A stretch of 64,000 nucleotides of DNA, taken from positions 16,261 through 80,260 of the forward strand of contig JAOTUY010000003.1 of NCBI GenBank assembly GCA_029863625.1, in the 5' to 3' direction. Numbering within the stretch: the first letter of the stretch is position 1; the number at the start of each line of letters is the position of its first letter. Both the position numbers and the translations under genes were made by a program. Shown here in pieces: positions 1 to 8,040 of this stretch. The stretch comes from Acidimicrobiia bacterium (lineage in GTDB: Bacteria; Actinomycetota; Acidimicrobiia; Spongiisociales; UBA4744). The notes below the pieces were generated by a model that worked only from the letters and a program-made list of their open reading frames with translations, did no database searches and was not told the origin of the DNA.

Positions 1-193
1 AAAAACGGGCGATCGCGCCGGTTCGGAGATAGTCGCCGTGGGCAAAACCTCCCGGCAGGACCACTCCGGCGAACTCGCTGAGATCGGTTGCGCGGTGCCA
101 GACCAACGCTGCTTCCACGCCGACGGATTCCAGTGCGTAGACGGCGTCCTGCTCACAGTTGGTGCCCGGGAAAACGACCACGGCCGCCTTCAC
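1..193 (-). CDS. purQ: Phosphoribosylformylglycinamidine synthase subunit PurQ (5' part, runs off window)
   Basis: Manual translation of minus strand from GTG at 193 (overlapping the purS stop): MKAAVVVFPGTNCEQDAVYAL...VVLPGGFAHGDYLRTGAIARF. Contains the PurQ FPGxNC and PGGFxxGDYLR motifs. Not in the ORF track. Confidence 0.95.
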   Translation of the reverse strand, partial: MKAAVVVFPGTNCEQDAVYALESVGVEAALVWHRATDLSEFAGVVLPGGFAHGDYLRTGAIARF

Positions 194-432
194 CGGTGCA
201 CCACCACCTCAAAGTCCTCCATCACCGGGTTGGCGAGCAGCCGTTCACACATCGTCTGGACCTCAGCCTCGATCGCAGCCGGGTCGGTGCCCCGTATCTC
301 GAGTTCAACGGTGCGGTTGATCCTGACCGTCTCGACAGTGTCATGACCGAGGTCGCGCAGGGCCCGCGCCACCGCAGTTCCCTGCGGATCGGCGATGTCC
401 GGTCGTCGTTGCACGTGCACAGTGACCTTCAT
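190..432 (-). CDS. purS: Phosphoribosylformylglycinamidine synthase subunit PurS
   Basis: 80 aa with DPQG and LLANPVMEDF motifs; lies between purC and purQ. Confidence 0.95.
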   Translation of the reverse strand: MKVTVHVQRRPDIADPQGTAVARALRDLGHDTVETVRINRTVELEIRGTDPAAIEAEVQTMCERLLANPVMEDFEVVVHR

Positions 433-1310
433 CCAGTTATCTCCAGATAATGTTCGAAAGGTCTCCCGGAGATGCGCTCGTAGGCCTCCACATACCTGGC
501 CCGGGTGCCGGCGATCACCTCAGCCGGAAGTCGGGGCGGGGGTGGTGAGTGGTCCCACCCGGTCGAGTCGAGCCAGTCGCGGACGTACTGCTTGTCGAAT
601 GACGGGACTACTCGGCCCGGCTCCCACTGATCGGCCGGCCAGTAGCGAGACGAATCGGCCGTCAGAACTTCATCAATGAGAAGGAGTTCTCCTTCCGCCC
701 ACCCGAATTCAAACTTCGTGTCGGCGAGGATTACCCCCCGGCCGGCGGCGGACTCGGAAGCGCGCAGATAGATGTCGATCGATCGGCTGCGCAGTTCCTC
801 GTACAGGGCGCCTCCGAGGTGTTCCCTCGCCTGTGCCTCCGTCAGGTTCTCGTCGTGGCCGGAGGCCGCCTTGGTCGCCGGCGTGAAGATCGGAACCGGC
901 AGCTTTTCCGCCATCTGCAGCCCGGCTGGTAGGTGCTCGGTGGTGGGCCCGCCTCCGTCGCGGTATTCCCGCCAGGAGGAGCCGTAGAGATAGCCACGCA
1001 CGACGCATTCGACGGGGATCACTTCGGCCCGGCGGACCACCATCGCTCGGCCGGCCAATTCCGACCGTTGTTCGTTGGTCAGATCGGGGACAGTTGCCAG
1101 ATCGGCGGTGACCATGTGATGGGGCGTGTCCAGCAGCTCGAACCAGTGCAACGAGAGCCCGGTGAGCACCCGGCCCTTATCAGGGATCGGGTCGTCGAGG
1201 ATGACATCGTAAGCGGAGATGCGGTCCGAGGCGACAAAAAGCAGGCGATCGTCGTCGATGCGGTAGATCTCACGGACCTTGCCTGATCCAACGTGTTCCA
1301 GCGCCAGCAC
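429..1310 (-). CDS. purC: SAICAR synthetase
   Basis: GSGKVREIY, SDRISAYD, PIFTPATKA, LADTKFEFG, DEVLTADSSRYW and SFDKQYVRDWL motifs. Confidence 0.97.
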   Translation of the reverse strand: MLALEHVGSGKVREIYRIDDDRLLFVASDRISAYDVILDDPIPDKGRVLTGLSLHWFELLDTPHHMVTADLATVPDLTNEQRSELAGRAMVVRRAEVIPVECVVRGYLYGSSWREYRDGGGPTTEHLPAGLQMAEKLPVPIFTPATKAASGHDENLTEAQAREHLGGALYEELRSRSIDIYLRASESAAGRGVILADTKFEFGWAEGELLLIDEVLTADSSRYWPADQWEPGRVVPSFDKQYVRDWLDSTGWDHSPPPPRLPAEVIAGTRARYVEAYERISGRPFEHYLEITG

Positions 1311-1415
1311 GGGCGGATGGTAGCTGCTGGTCGAGGGCTCTCTGTGCCTACCGGTGCGTGAGGTGTGGCCAGGGTCGCTCGATATCGGCGTTACCTGCCG
1401 CGTCCCGACCTGATG

Positions 1416-1592
1416 TCAACGGTCGAGACGTTGAAGGGCTTTGATGAGACCGTGCGGATTCTCGAATACCCACCCAACCAAAAATCCAACCAGCCCGAGT
1501 ATCACGGACCAGAGCACAGCATCCCCGCCCAGCCAGTGCCAGATCACGGCCAGCGAGATTCCGAGGATCATTCCAAACGTCTTTGCGCTCAT
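1416..1592 (-). CDS. Small integral membrane protein, DUF2273-like (58 aa, missed by ORF track)
   Basis: MSAKTFGMILGISLAVIWHWLGGDAVLWSVILGLVGFLVGWVFENPHGLIKALQRLDR. ATGA overlap with the upstream stop at 1589-1591, AGGAG SD, two hydrophobic segments, position typical of Asp23 operons. Confidence 0.8.
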   Translation of the reverse strand: MSAKTFGMILGISLAVIWHWLGGDAVLWSVILGLVGFLVGWVFENPHGLIKALQRLDR

Positions 1593-2143
1593 ACTGTCTC
1601 CTGCTCAGGTTGCGCGGCACCGGGAATGTAGTTGAGGTGAATATCGACCGGAATCGCCTCCGTCCCAAGCGAATTCCAAAACTCATCGTTTAGCTGTTGT
1701 CGACCGGCGCTCGTGACGGCTTTGGCATCAACTCCTTGACCTAGCTCGACTCGCATAGTGAGACGTCGCCGATGAGCAACCGGTGACGCCGTGACGACGC
1801 CCGGAAGTTCGCCAAGACGTTGACTCACGGCCCGACGGACGGCTGCGGCATTCACCAGGGTCGATCCGGCTGCGCTTCGGTCTACCACGGAAGAGCGCCC
1901 CGTGAGCTGTACCGGGACGAACTGGGCAGCCAGCACGGCCAGGGCAACCAGTCCGATCAGAACGCCAAGCAGTGCTGCCGCCCAATGAGCCAGGTTGGCC
2001 CGATCGATCGAGGTGGCCAAGTCACCGACGGCCTGCCTCCATCCGCCGCCGGCAATGCCGGTGCCTTCGCCTACCAACAGGAGCCCGGTGGCAAGCATGG
2101 CCAGCCAGGCAAGGAGAGCGGAGATCCGCTGTACGAGCCTCAT
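1589..2143 (-). CDS. AmaP-like membrane anchor protein (two TM helices plus Asp23-like domain)
   Basis: Two N-terminal TM segments followed by GSTLVNAAAVRRAV, resembling alkaline-shock membrane anchors; coupled within the Asp23 operon. Confidence 0.7.
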   Translation of the reverse strand: MRLVQRISALLAWLAMLATGLLLVGEGTGIAGGGWRQAVGDLATSIDRANLAHWAAALLGVLIGLVALAVLAAQFVPVQLTGRSSVVDRSAAGSTLVNAAAVRRAVSQRLGELPGVVTASPVAHRRRLTMRVELGQGVDAKAVTSAGRQQLNDEFWNSLGTEAIPVDIHLNYIPGAAQPEQETV

Positions 2144-2664
2144 GTGACCCTCGTTTCCCGAGCAGACCGGACGTTGACGCTGAACGGAGTATCCGCCAGG
2201 CCCAGCTGGCCGAGGGCCTCGCGAACTCGGCGACTGGCCTCATCGGCCACTTCGAAGCGATCGCCTGATCCCGGCGGAGCGCTCACCCGCAGCCGGTTCC
2301 GTCTGGAGTTGATTTTCACCTTGGGATCAATTGCCCTCAACGACCCCTCGAGGGTGTCCGCCACTGATCCCATATCAATATCGGTTGATCCTGCTGCCGT
2401 TTTCTCCAGGTTCCGGACCCCACGGATCCTGGAGCGAGCCGCCACGATGACGATCGCGATAGCCAGCAGCAGCAACCCGGTGCCGGCGAGGACGGCTGCG
2501 CCCTCCTTCGGCGGGGTGTACACCCAGTCGGCCAACGATCGGATGCCGTCGGATAACCAGGGGATCCGCCGTTCCAGTCCAAACGTGAGCAAACTGGTGG
2601 CCGTCAATCCGAGGGCCGCGGCCACCAGCAGGCCGAGAATTCGCAAAACGAGGGTTCGAATCAT
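2140..2664 (-). CDS. AmaP-like membrane protein
   Basis: Start re-called at MIRTLVLRIL (ATG 2664, overlapping the Asp23 stop). Two TM segments, then GSTDIDMGSVADTLE, paralogous in layout to the next gene. Confidence 0.7.
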   Translation of the reverse strand: MIRTLVLRILGLLVAAALGLTATSLLTFGLERRIPWLSDGIRSLADWVYTPPKEGAAVLAGTGLLLLAIAIVIVAARSRIRGVRNLEKTAAGSTDIDMGSVADTLEGSLRAIDPKVKINSRRNRLRVSAPPGSGDRFEVADEASRRVREALGQLGLADTPFSVNVRSARETRVT

Positions 2665-3083
2665 TTGACGCGGGAGACAGCAGTCGGCTCGCTCTCGTCG
2701 CTGGGCACATAGAGATCGGCCACCTCGATATTCACTTCCTTGACCGCGAGACCCGTCCCCGCTTCGATCTCGGTGATGACCTTCTCGCGCAGGTCTTGCG
2801 CTACAGCAGGAATCGAGTACCCATAGTCGACCACAATGACGAGATCGATCGCCGTTTCCCGCTTTCCGACTTCGACGTTGACGCCCTGAGTCAGTGACTC
2901 GCCCGAGCGCACCCGGCTGACGAGCCGCCGGAAGGTCGTGCCGAGTTCGTGGACGCCTGCCACCTCGCGCGCCGCCATTCCTGCCATCTTCGCCACAACG
3001 ACGTCGGCCACGGTGGTGATCCCCTTGTCGGTCTCCAATACCAAACCTTCGAAGGCACGACTCTCGGTTGCTACGTCTGTCAC
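2661..3083 (-). CDS. Asp23/Gls24 family envelope stress response protein
   Basis: Start re-called at GTG 3083 after a GGGAGG SD. GITTVADVVVAKMAGMAAREVAGV, GVNVEVGKRETAIDLVIVVDYG and VKEVNIEVADL are Asp23/Gls24 hallmarks. Confidence 0.92.
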   Translation of the reverse strand: MTDVATESRAFEGLVLETDKGITTVADVVVAKMAGMAAREVAGVHELGTTFRRLVSRVRSGESLTQGVNVEVGKRETAIDLVIVVDYGYSIPAVAQDLREKVITEIEAGTGLAVKEVNIEVADLYVPSDESEPTAVSRVK

Positions 3084-3199
3084 AGCCTTGTTCCTCCCAT
3101 CGCATCTACTCGCAAGAAACACCGGATCGAGGCGAGACGTCGCGTCGACGCCATATTGTAAGCCCCCATGCGCACCATCCGTAGCGGTCGTCCACCAGG

Positions 3200-3240
3200 T
3201 ATCTGAAACCTGAAAACGTGAAACGTGAATCCTGGAACAT
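3200..3240. repeat. Degenerate heptamer tandem repeat (TGAAACS-type)
   Basis: tgaaacc tgaaaacg tgaaacg tgaatcc tggaaca in the divergent intergenic region. Confidence 0.55.
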
Positions 3241-3268
3241 CGGGAACCGGAGTCGGGTTCCCTCCACC

Positions 3269-4042
3269 GTGGAAACACCGAACCCTTTCCGGGTCGCCTG
3301 GTCGGTCTTCCGGGCGCGCCGCGCGGTTCCACCCGTCCCGCACGGGACGGCTAGCGCCGATCACACCGGTCTCGAACCCATCTTGCAGGCTCTCGCCGAA
3401 GGCGGAACGCCTGCGTTGGCGCTGGTTCAAGGTGACCTGGACCGGTATCTGGCGGGGCGCGCCGCTGTCGATCCGGCCACGCTCAACCGTTCTGAGGAGC
3501 TTGCATTTTGGCTGAATCTCTACAATGCCGGTGCTCTCAGCCTGGCCGCACAGGCGTTCGCCGAGGGTGCCGAGTCGGTCCTTCGCGTTCCCGGTGGGTT
3601 CGCCGCGGAATTGTTTGACATCGCCACAGAGCAGCTGTCACTCGATGCCATCGAGCACGGCAAGATCAGACGCTTCGGCGACCCGCGCATTCATGCCGCT
3701 CTTGTCTGTGGATCCGTTTCGTGTCCGACTCTGCGCTACGAGCCGTATCGCGGCGACCGGCTCGGAGCCCAACTCGACGATCAAATGAGGCGATTTCTCA
3801 CCGGCGGCGGGGCCCACGTCGATAGGGACACCCGGACGGTGCATCTCTCGCGCGTTTTCCTCTGGTATGGAGGTGACTTCACCCGTCCGCACCGCATGCC
3901 CACCTGGATTCCTTCTCGACGCCCCACGCTGGTGCGTGCCCTGCTTCCGTGGCTGGACGAAGCCACAACCTGGGTGGCGTCGGGCAAGACCACGGTCAGA
4001 TTCCAACCCTACGACTGGGGGCTGCGCTGTTCCGTGGGTTGA
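3269..4042 (+). CDS. DUF547 domain protein
   Basis: LAFWLNLYNA, LSLDAIEHGKIR, DPRIHAALVCGSVSCPTL and LSRVFLWYGGDF are DUF547 motifs. Start uncertain (3218 or 3269). Confidence 0.88.
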   Translation: METPNPFRVAWSVFRARRAVPPVPHGTASADHTGLEPILQALAEGGTPALALVQGDLDRYLAGRAAVDPATLNRSEELAFWLNLYNAGALSLAAQAFAEGAESVLRVPGGFAAELFDIATEQLSLDAIEHGKIRRFGDPRIHAALVCGSVSCPTLRYEPYRGDRLGAQLDDQMRRFLTGGGAHVDRDTRTVHLSRVFLWYGGDFTRPHRMPTWIPSRRPTLVRALLPWLDEATTWVASGKTTVRFQPYDWGLRCSVG

Positions 4043-4599
4043 GCCGAACGGAGCCCGATCAACAGCGCGCCGATCGCCATCACCGCGGCCGCCATGTCGA
4101 AGGGTAGGACATACCGCCACAGATCCGGACTTGACACCGACCAGCCGCCGTCCGCTCCAAAACCCACAACGTCGAGGTAACGCCAGATGGACCAGATGCA
4201 GATCACAGCCAGGATGAAGCCGGCCAGCAAGGCCCACCGGTCGCCGGCCATCAATCGGACGCCGAGTATCAACCCGGCGGTGGCCCAGGCGATGTCGAGT
4301 GCTGAGAGCAGCTGAAGGAATTGCAGCGACGGCTGGTATCCGAGGGCCGCAGACGAGGCCAGGGTGACGAGAGCCACGACGCCGGTGGTCAGCGCGACGA
4401 TGGACGCCATCGCTCCGAAGCGCTGCCAGAACCAACTGCCGCCCATGCCAACAAACCAGGGCCCATCGGTGAATCGGGCCAGGTCGAGTGCTACGCCCAA
4501 CCCGAATGTGACGATTGCCCCGAGATGGAACGTGACCACCGGGAGCAAACGGTCTGGGTCGGCTTCCGGAAGGACCACCAGCAGCAGCGAAACGAGCAA
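4009..4599 (-). CDS. Hypothetical multi-pass membrane protein
   Basis: About 6 hydrophobic segments. TTG start without a clear SD, so the start is uncertain. 3' end overlaps the DUF547 gene by 34 nt. Confidence 0.65.
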   Translation of the reverse strand: MLVSLLLVVLPEADPDRLLPVVTFHLGAIVTFGLGVALDLARFTDGPWFVGMGGSWFWQRFGAMASIVALTTGVVALVTLASSAALGYQPSLQFLQLLSALDIAWATAGLILGVRLMAGDRWALLAGFILAVICIWSIWRYLDVVGFGADGGWSVSSPDLWRYVLPFDMAAAVMAIGALLIGLRSAQPTEQRSPQS

Positions 4600-4675
4600 A
4601 CCGGCTGCCAGCCAGTTGAGTGATGAGCGAGGGCTCTTTCTACGGGAGGCACAGCGGAAGCGTAGCTAGAGGCGG

Positions 4676-4758
4676 CAGTTTTCAGTCGGTCGGCCTACGG
4701 CCGAGCTCTCAGTGGTCAGTTGGTGGTGCTAGAAAGTGATGACTGATGACTGATGACT
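4676..4758. repeat. Intergenic repeat family 1 (heptamer arms around GGCCTNCGGCC hairpin)
   Basis: CAGTTTTCAGTCGGTCGGCCTACGGCCG...TCAGTGGTCAG...(TGATGAC)x3 at 4737-4757; homologous to copies at 10952, 44802 and 47036. Confidence 0.85.
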
Positions 4759-4766
4759 TCTCGTCC

Positions 4767-5600
4767 TCAGTCCCCTTGACCTGATCCCCCGTGGTCCGCG
4801 TGCCCGGTGCGGTCAAAATGGCGGTGGCGACCGGCAATGGCTTGATGGTAGGGGTCGTCGAGGACGACCGTACCGTCCTCGGTGGTGATGAGATTGATCC
4901 CGTACGCCTTGGTCAGGCATTGGGCGGTGAGCACCTCCTCTGGCGGGCCCGAGGCGACCACCCGGCCCGATAGCAAAACGACGTGATCCGCATTGGCTGC
5001 TTCGCTCAGATCGTGGGTGGTCATTACAACGGTTACGCCGCGGGCACGCTCGGTAGCGACCGCCTCCAGGATGCGATCGTGCGACACAATGTCCAGGCCG
5101 GTGACCGGTTCGTCGAGGAGCAGCAGGTCGGCTTCCTGCGCCAGACCTTGCGCGACGAAAACGCGCTGACGTTGGCCACCGGATAGCTCATCGAGGTGTC
5201 GTGCGGCGAGATCGAGCACATCAAGGCGTTCCATGGCCGAACGGCAGGCAGCGCGGTCTTCTGGTTGGAACCGACCGAACATCCCGAGACGGCCGTACCG
5301 GCCCATCGACACCACTTCGCGCACCGTGATCGGCATCTCTTCGTGCACCTTGGTGGTTTGCAGAACATAGGCCGTTCCCCGGTGTCTTGGGTAGCTGAGC
5401 AATACACCCAGCTCGCCGCCGACCGGCTCGAGTAAACCGCCGATGGCGTGCAGCAGGGTGGATTTTCCGGATCCGTTTGGCCCGATGACGGCCGTCACGG
5501 TTCCGGCCGGTATGTCGAGATCTGACGCGCCGAGAGCGATGCGATCGCCATGGGCGAGCTGCAACCCGCGGGCGGTGATGGCGATGTCTTTCACCGACAT
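4767..5600 (-). CDS. Metal (Zn/Mn) ABC transporter ATP-binding protein
   Basis: Walker A GPNGSGKS, LSGGQRQR, LLLLDEP; His-rich C-terminal tail; adjacent to the Fur-family gene and metal ABC genes. Confidence 0.92.
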   Translation of the reverse strand: MSVKDIAITARGLQLAHGDRIALGASDLDIPAGTVTAVIGPNGSGKSTLLHAIGGLLEPVGGELGVLLSYPRHRGTAYVLQTTKVHEEMPITVREVVSMGRYGRLGMFGRFQPEDRAACRSAMERLDVLDLAARHLDELSGGQRQRVFVAQGLAQEADLLLLDEPVTGLDIVSHDRILEAVATERARGVTVVMTTHDLSEAANADHVVLLSGRVVASGPPEEVLTAQCLTKAYGINLITTEDGTVVLDDPYHQAIAGRHRHFDRTGHADHGGSGQGD

Positions 5601-6034
5601 TGGCTGCACACTCCTTGCAGGTCCAGGCGGTGACCGGTGACGGTGAAATCGAAACGCCTCCCCACCTCCGAGGCGATGTCGGCGACGGTTGCTTCGAGAT
5701 CACCCGGCACAGCCACGTCACTGGTGGCACCGCACTCGATGCAGGTCATGTGGTGGTGATGTCCGGTCAGCCATTCGGCCAGCTCGTAGCGGGCGATGCC
5801 TGCCTGGTCGGGGAAACGTTCGATTACCTCGGTCTCCTCGAGAACCGAGAGGGTCCGATAGAGCGAGGACATCGGAATGGCGCCGGCGACCGCCACGGCG
5901 AGGTCGGCTGCCGATTGGGGACCGGATGACCCATCGAGCGTTTCGATGACCAAACGCCGGGCGGGTGTGAACCGCGCTTGCTTGGACTCCAAACGGTTCC
6001 TCGCCGCGGTGAGTGTGTCGTTCCGTTGACGCAT
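5591..6034 (-). CDS. Fur-family metalloregulator (probably Zur)
   Basis: SSLYRTLSVLEE, HHHHMTCIECG and GVCSQC (two CxxC pairs). Confidence 0.92.
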   Translation of the reverse strand: MRQRNDTLTAARNRLESKQARFTPARRLVIETLDGSSGPQSAADLAVAVAGAIPMSSLYRTLSVLEETEVIERFPDQAGIARYELAEWLTGHHHHMTCIECGATSDVAVPGDLEATVADIASEVGRRFDFTVTGHRLDLQGVCSQCR

Positions 6035-6061
6035 CGTGCGACCAATGCTACCTTGTAAAGC

Positions 6062-6082
6062 GAATGAGAACCATTCTCATTC
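6062..6082. promoter_or_regulatory. Fur/Zur-type operator
   Basis: Perfect 9-3-9 inverted repeat GAATGAGAA-CCA-TTCTCATTC between the divergent regulator and SBP genes; resembles actinobacterial Zur boxes. Confidence 0.8.
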
Positions 6083-6093
6083 CAAATAGGATT

Positions 6094-7026
6094 ATGAAAC
6101 GCTTCCTGGTTCTCGCAGTCGTTTTCGCCACGGTTGGTTCCGCCTGCCGCGCCCCCGAAGGGGGCAGGGACGATCGGCCATTGGTGATCGCAACGACCAC
6201 GATCCTCGGCGACATTGTTGCCAGTACGGCCGGCGACGCAGTGCAGGTTGAAGTGCTGATGCCGATTGGTGCCGATCCTCACGACTTTGCACCATCGGCG
6301 CGCCAGGCCGCGCGGTTGCGGGACGCAACCCTGGTGGTAGCCAATGGTGTCGGATTGGAAGAGTCTCTGCTGGATGTGATCGACGCCGCCGAGCAGGACG
6401 GTGTCGAAGTGATGAGGGTCGGTGAGCTGGTCGATCCCCAGCCATTTCTCGCCGGGCTGGGCGCCGCAACCCAAGGTAGTGCTTCGTCCGGCAATGACCA
6501 TCAGGGTCTCGATCCCCACGTGTGGATGGATCCGGTCCGCATGGCCGCCGCCGTCGAGGCCATCGCCGATCGTCTCGGTACCAGTGCGGGTGTGGATGTC
6601 ATAGATTCCGCCGCGGCCTACCAAACCCGGATTCTGGATCTAAACGTCGAGATCGTCCGGATGATCGAAGCGGTCCCGCCGGACCGTCGCAAGATGGTGA
6701 CCAACCACTTCTCGTATGGTTACTACGCAGATCGCTACGGGATTACCCTGCTCGGGGCAGTGATCCCCGCTTCTACCACCGGAGCCGAGACCAGCGCCGC
6801 CGATTTCGCCGCGTTGGTCCGACTCCTCAAACGGGAAGAAGTTTCGGTGGTGTTTGGATCAACCACGGAACCAACCACTCTGGCCGACGCCCTGGCCGAG
6901 GAGGTGGGCTACGAGGTTAAGGTGGTCAAGCTCCCGACCGGGTCCCTCGGCGAGCCTGGTTCAGGCGCGGAGACCTATATCGATATGATGCGCTCGAGCA
7001 CTCGTCTCATCGTTGAGAACCTGTAA
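6094..7026 (+). CDS. Metal ABC transporter substrate-binding lipoprotein (cluster A-I, ZnuA/TroA-like)
   Basis: Start MKRFLVLAVV with lipobox GSAC; GADPHDFAPS, DPHVWMDP and TNHFSYGYYADRYG motifs. Confidence 0.93.
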   Translation: MKRFLVLAVVFATVGSACRAPEGGRDDRPLVIATTTILGDIVASTAGDAVQVEVLMPIGADPHDFAPSARQAARLRDATLVVANGVGLEESLLDVIDAAEQDGVEVMRVGELVDPQPFLAGLGAATQGSASSGNDHQGLDPHVWMDPVRMAAAVEAIADRLGTSAGVDVIDSAAAYQTRILDLNVEIVRMIEAVPPDRRKMVTNHFSYGYYADRYGITLLGAVIPASTTGAETSAADFAALVRLLKREEVSVVFGSTTEPTTLADALAEEVGYEVKVVKLPTGSLGEPGSGAETYIDMMRSSTRLIVENL

Positions 7027-7043
7027 ATGACAGAAGGATCCAT

Positions 7044-7895
7044 ATGGACTGGCTGATCGACCCGTTGTCCGAGCCGTTCATGCAACGGGTCCTGGTTGGA
7101 AGTGCCCTGGCCGTGATGACCGCCTCCCTGATAGGCACCTGGATCGTGCTGCGGGGGCTCAGCTTCATGGGTGACGCCCTTGCCCACGGCGTGACCCCCG
7201 GGATTGCCTTGGCCTTCGCCCTGGGTTTCAACCTCACGCTGGGGGCTATCGGCGCAGCAGTTGCCATGACGCTGGGGATCAACCTGGTTCACCGGAAGGC
7301 CCAGCTACGCGAGGACACCGGAATTGGCTTGCTGTTCGTCGGCATGCTGGCTCTGGGCGTCATCATCATGTCCCGGTTGCCTTCGTTTTCCGGCAACCTG
7401 GCCACCATTCTGTTCGGCGATACGCTCGGTATAAGACAAGAAGACATTGTGGTGCAAGCGCTGGCGGCTGTGGTGACCTTGGCGGTCATTGTGATCTTCT
7501 ACCGGGCCTTTATCGTACTGTCCTTCAATGAGGAGAAGGCTGAGATGTTGGGACTGCGACCCAGCCTGGCACATCTCCTCATGCTGTCCCTGCTGACGTT
7601 GGCCATCGTGACCTCGTTTCGGGCGGTGGGGACCCTGCTGGTCTTTGCGTTGATCGTGGCGCCTCCGGCCACGGCCTCGCTGGTGGTTCGGCGAGTACCA
7701 ACGATGATGGTGACGGCGGTTGCTTTCGGCTTTCTCGCTGTTTTGAGCGGTCTCTTGATCAGCTGGCATGCAGACACCGCAGCCGGAGCGACCATGGCCT
7801 TTGTCTCGGTGGCGATCTTCTTTGTAGTGCTGGCCCTTCGTGAGTTTTGGAACATTGGAGTCTTCAGTCCCCAGTCGTCGGTTATCAGTGGGTAG
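7044..7895 (+). CDS. Metal ABC transporter permease
   Basis: LRGLSFMGDALAHGVTPG, ILFGDTLG and VGTLLVFALIVAPPATA. Confidence 0.93.
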   Translation: MDWLIDPLSEPFMQRVLVGSALAVMTASLIGTWIVLRGLSFMGDALAHGVTPGIALAFALGFNLTLGAIGAAVAMTLGINLVHRKAQLREDTGIGLLFVGMLALGVIIMSRLPSFSGNLATILFGDTLGIRQEDIVVQALAAVVTLAVIVIFYRAFIVLSFNEEKAEMLGLRPSLAHLLMLSLLTLAIVTSFRAVGTLLVFALIVAPPATASLVVRRVPTMMVTAVAFGFLAVLSGLLISWHADTAAGATMAFVSVAIFFVVLALREFWNIGVFSPQSSVISG

Positions 7896-7982
7896 CCCGT
7901 CTCCTTTCTCGTGTTCGTGAGCGAGGTTTGCGATGAGTGCTGAGGGCTGGTCACCGAGAACTTGAAACCTGGAATCTGAGAC
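7864..7982. repeat. Degenerate heptamer-arm element overlapping the permease 3' end
   Basis: Left arm CAGTCCC CAGTCGT CGGTTAT CAGT (7865-7889, inside the CDS); right arm with 7-nt periodic CTGA/CTGG/CCGA/CTTGA (about 7936-7982). Confidence 0.55.
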
Positions 7983-8040
7983 GCGCAGCCTTCTCACTGA
8001 CTGGCCCAGCCTCACCCCAACCATCTACCATGCGCCGGAC

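Noticed and set aside
1365-1631. 88-aa + strand ORF
   Set aside because: Antisense to the better-supported 58-aa membrane gene that has an SD and an ATGA overlap.
2651-2662. GGTTCGAATC resembling a tRNA T-loop
   Set aside because: Lies antisense to the start of a coding gene; no acceptor or anticodon stems could be built around it.
1820-2668. Long + strand ORF (282 aa), and similar long ORFs at 21205-22128, 25669-26814, 27906-28922 and 33908-35104
   Set aside because: Antisense or alternative-frame shadows of well-supported genes, expected in high-GC DNA; no recognisable motifs.
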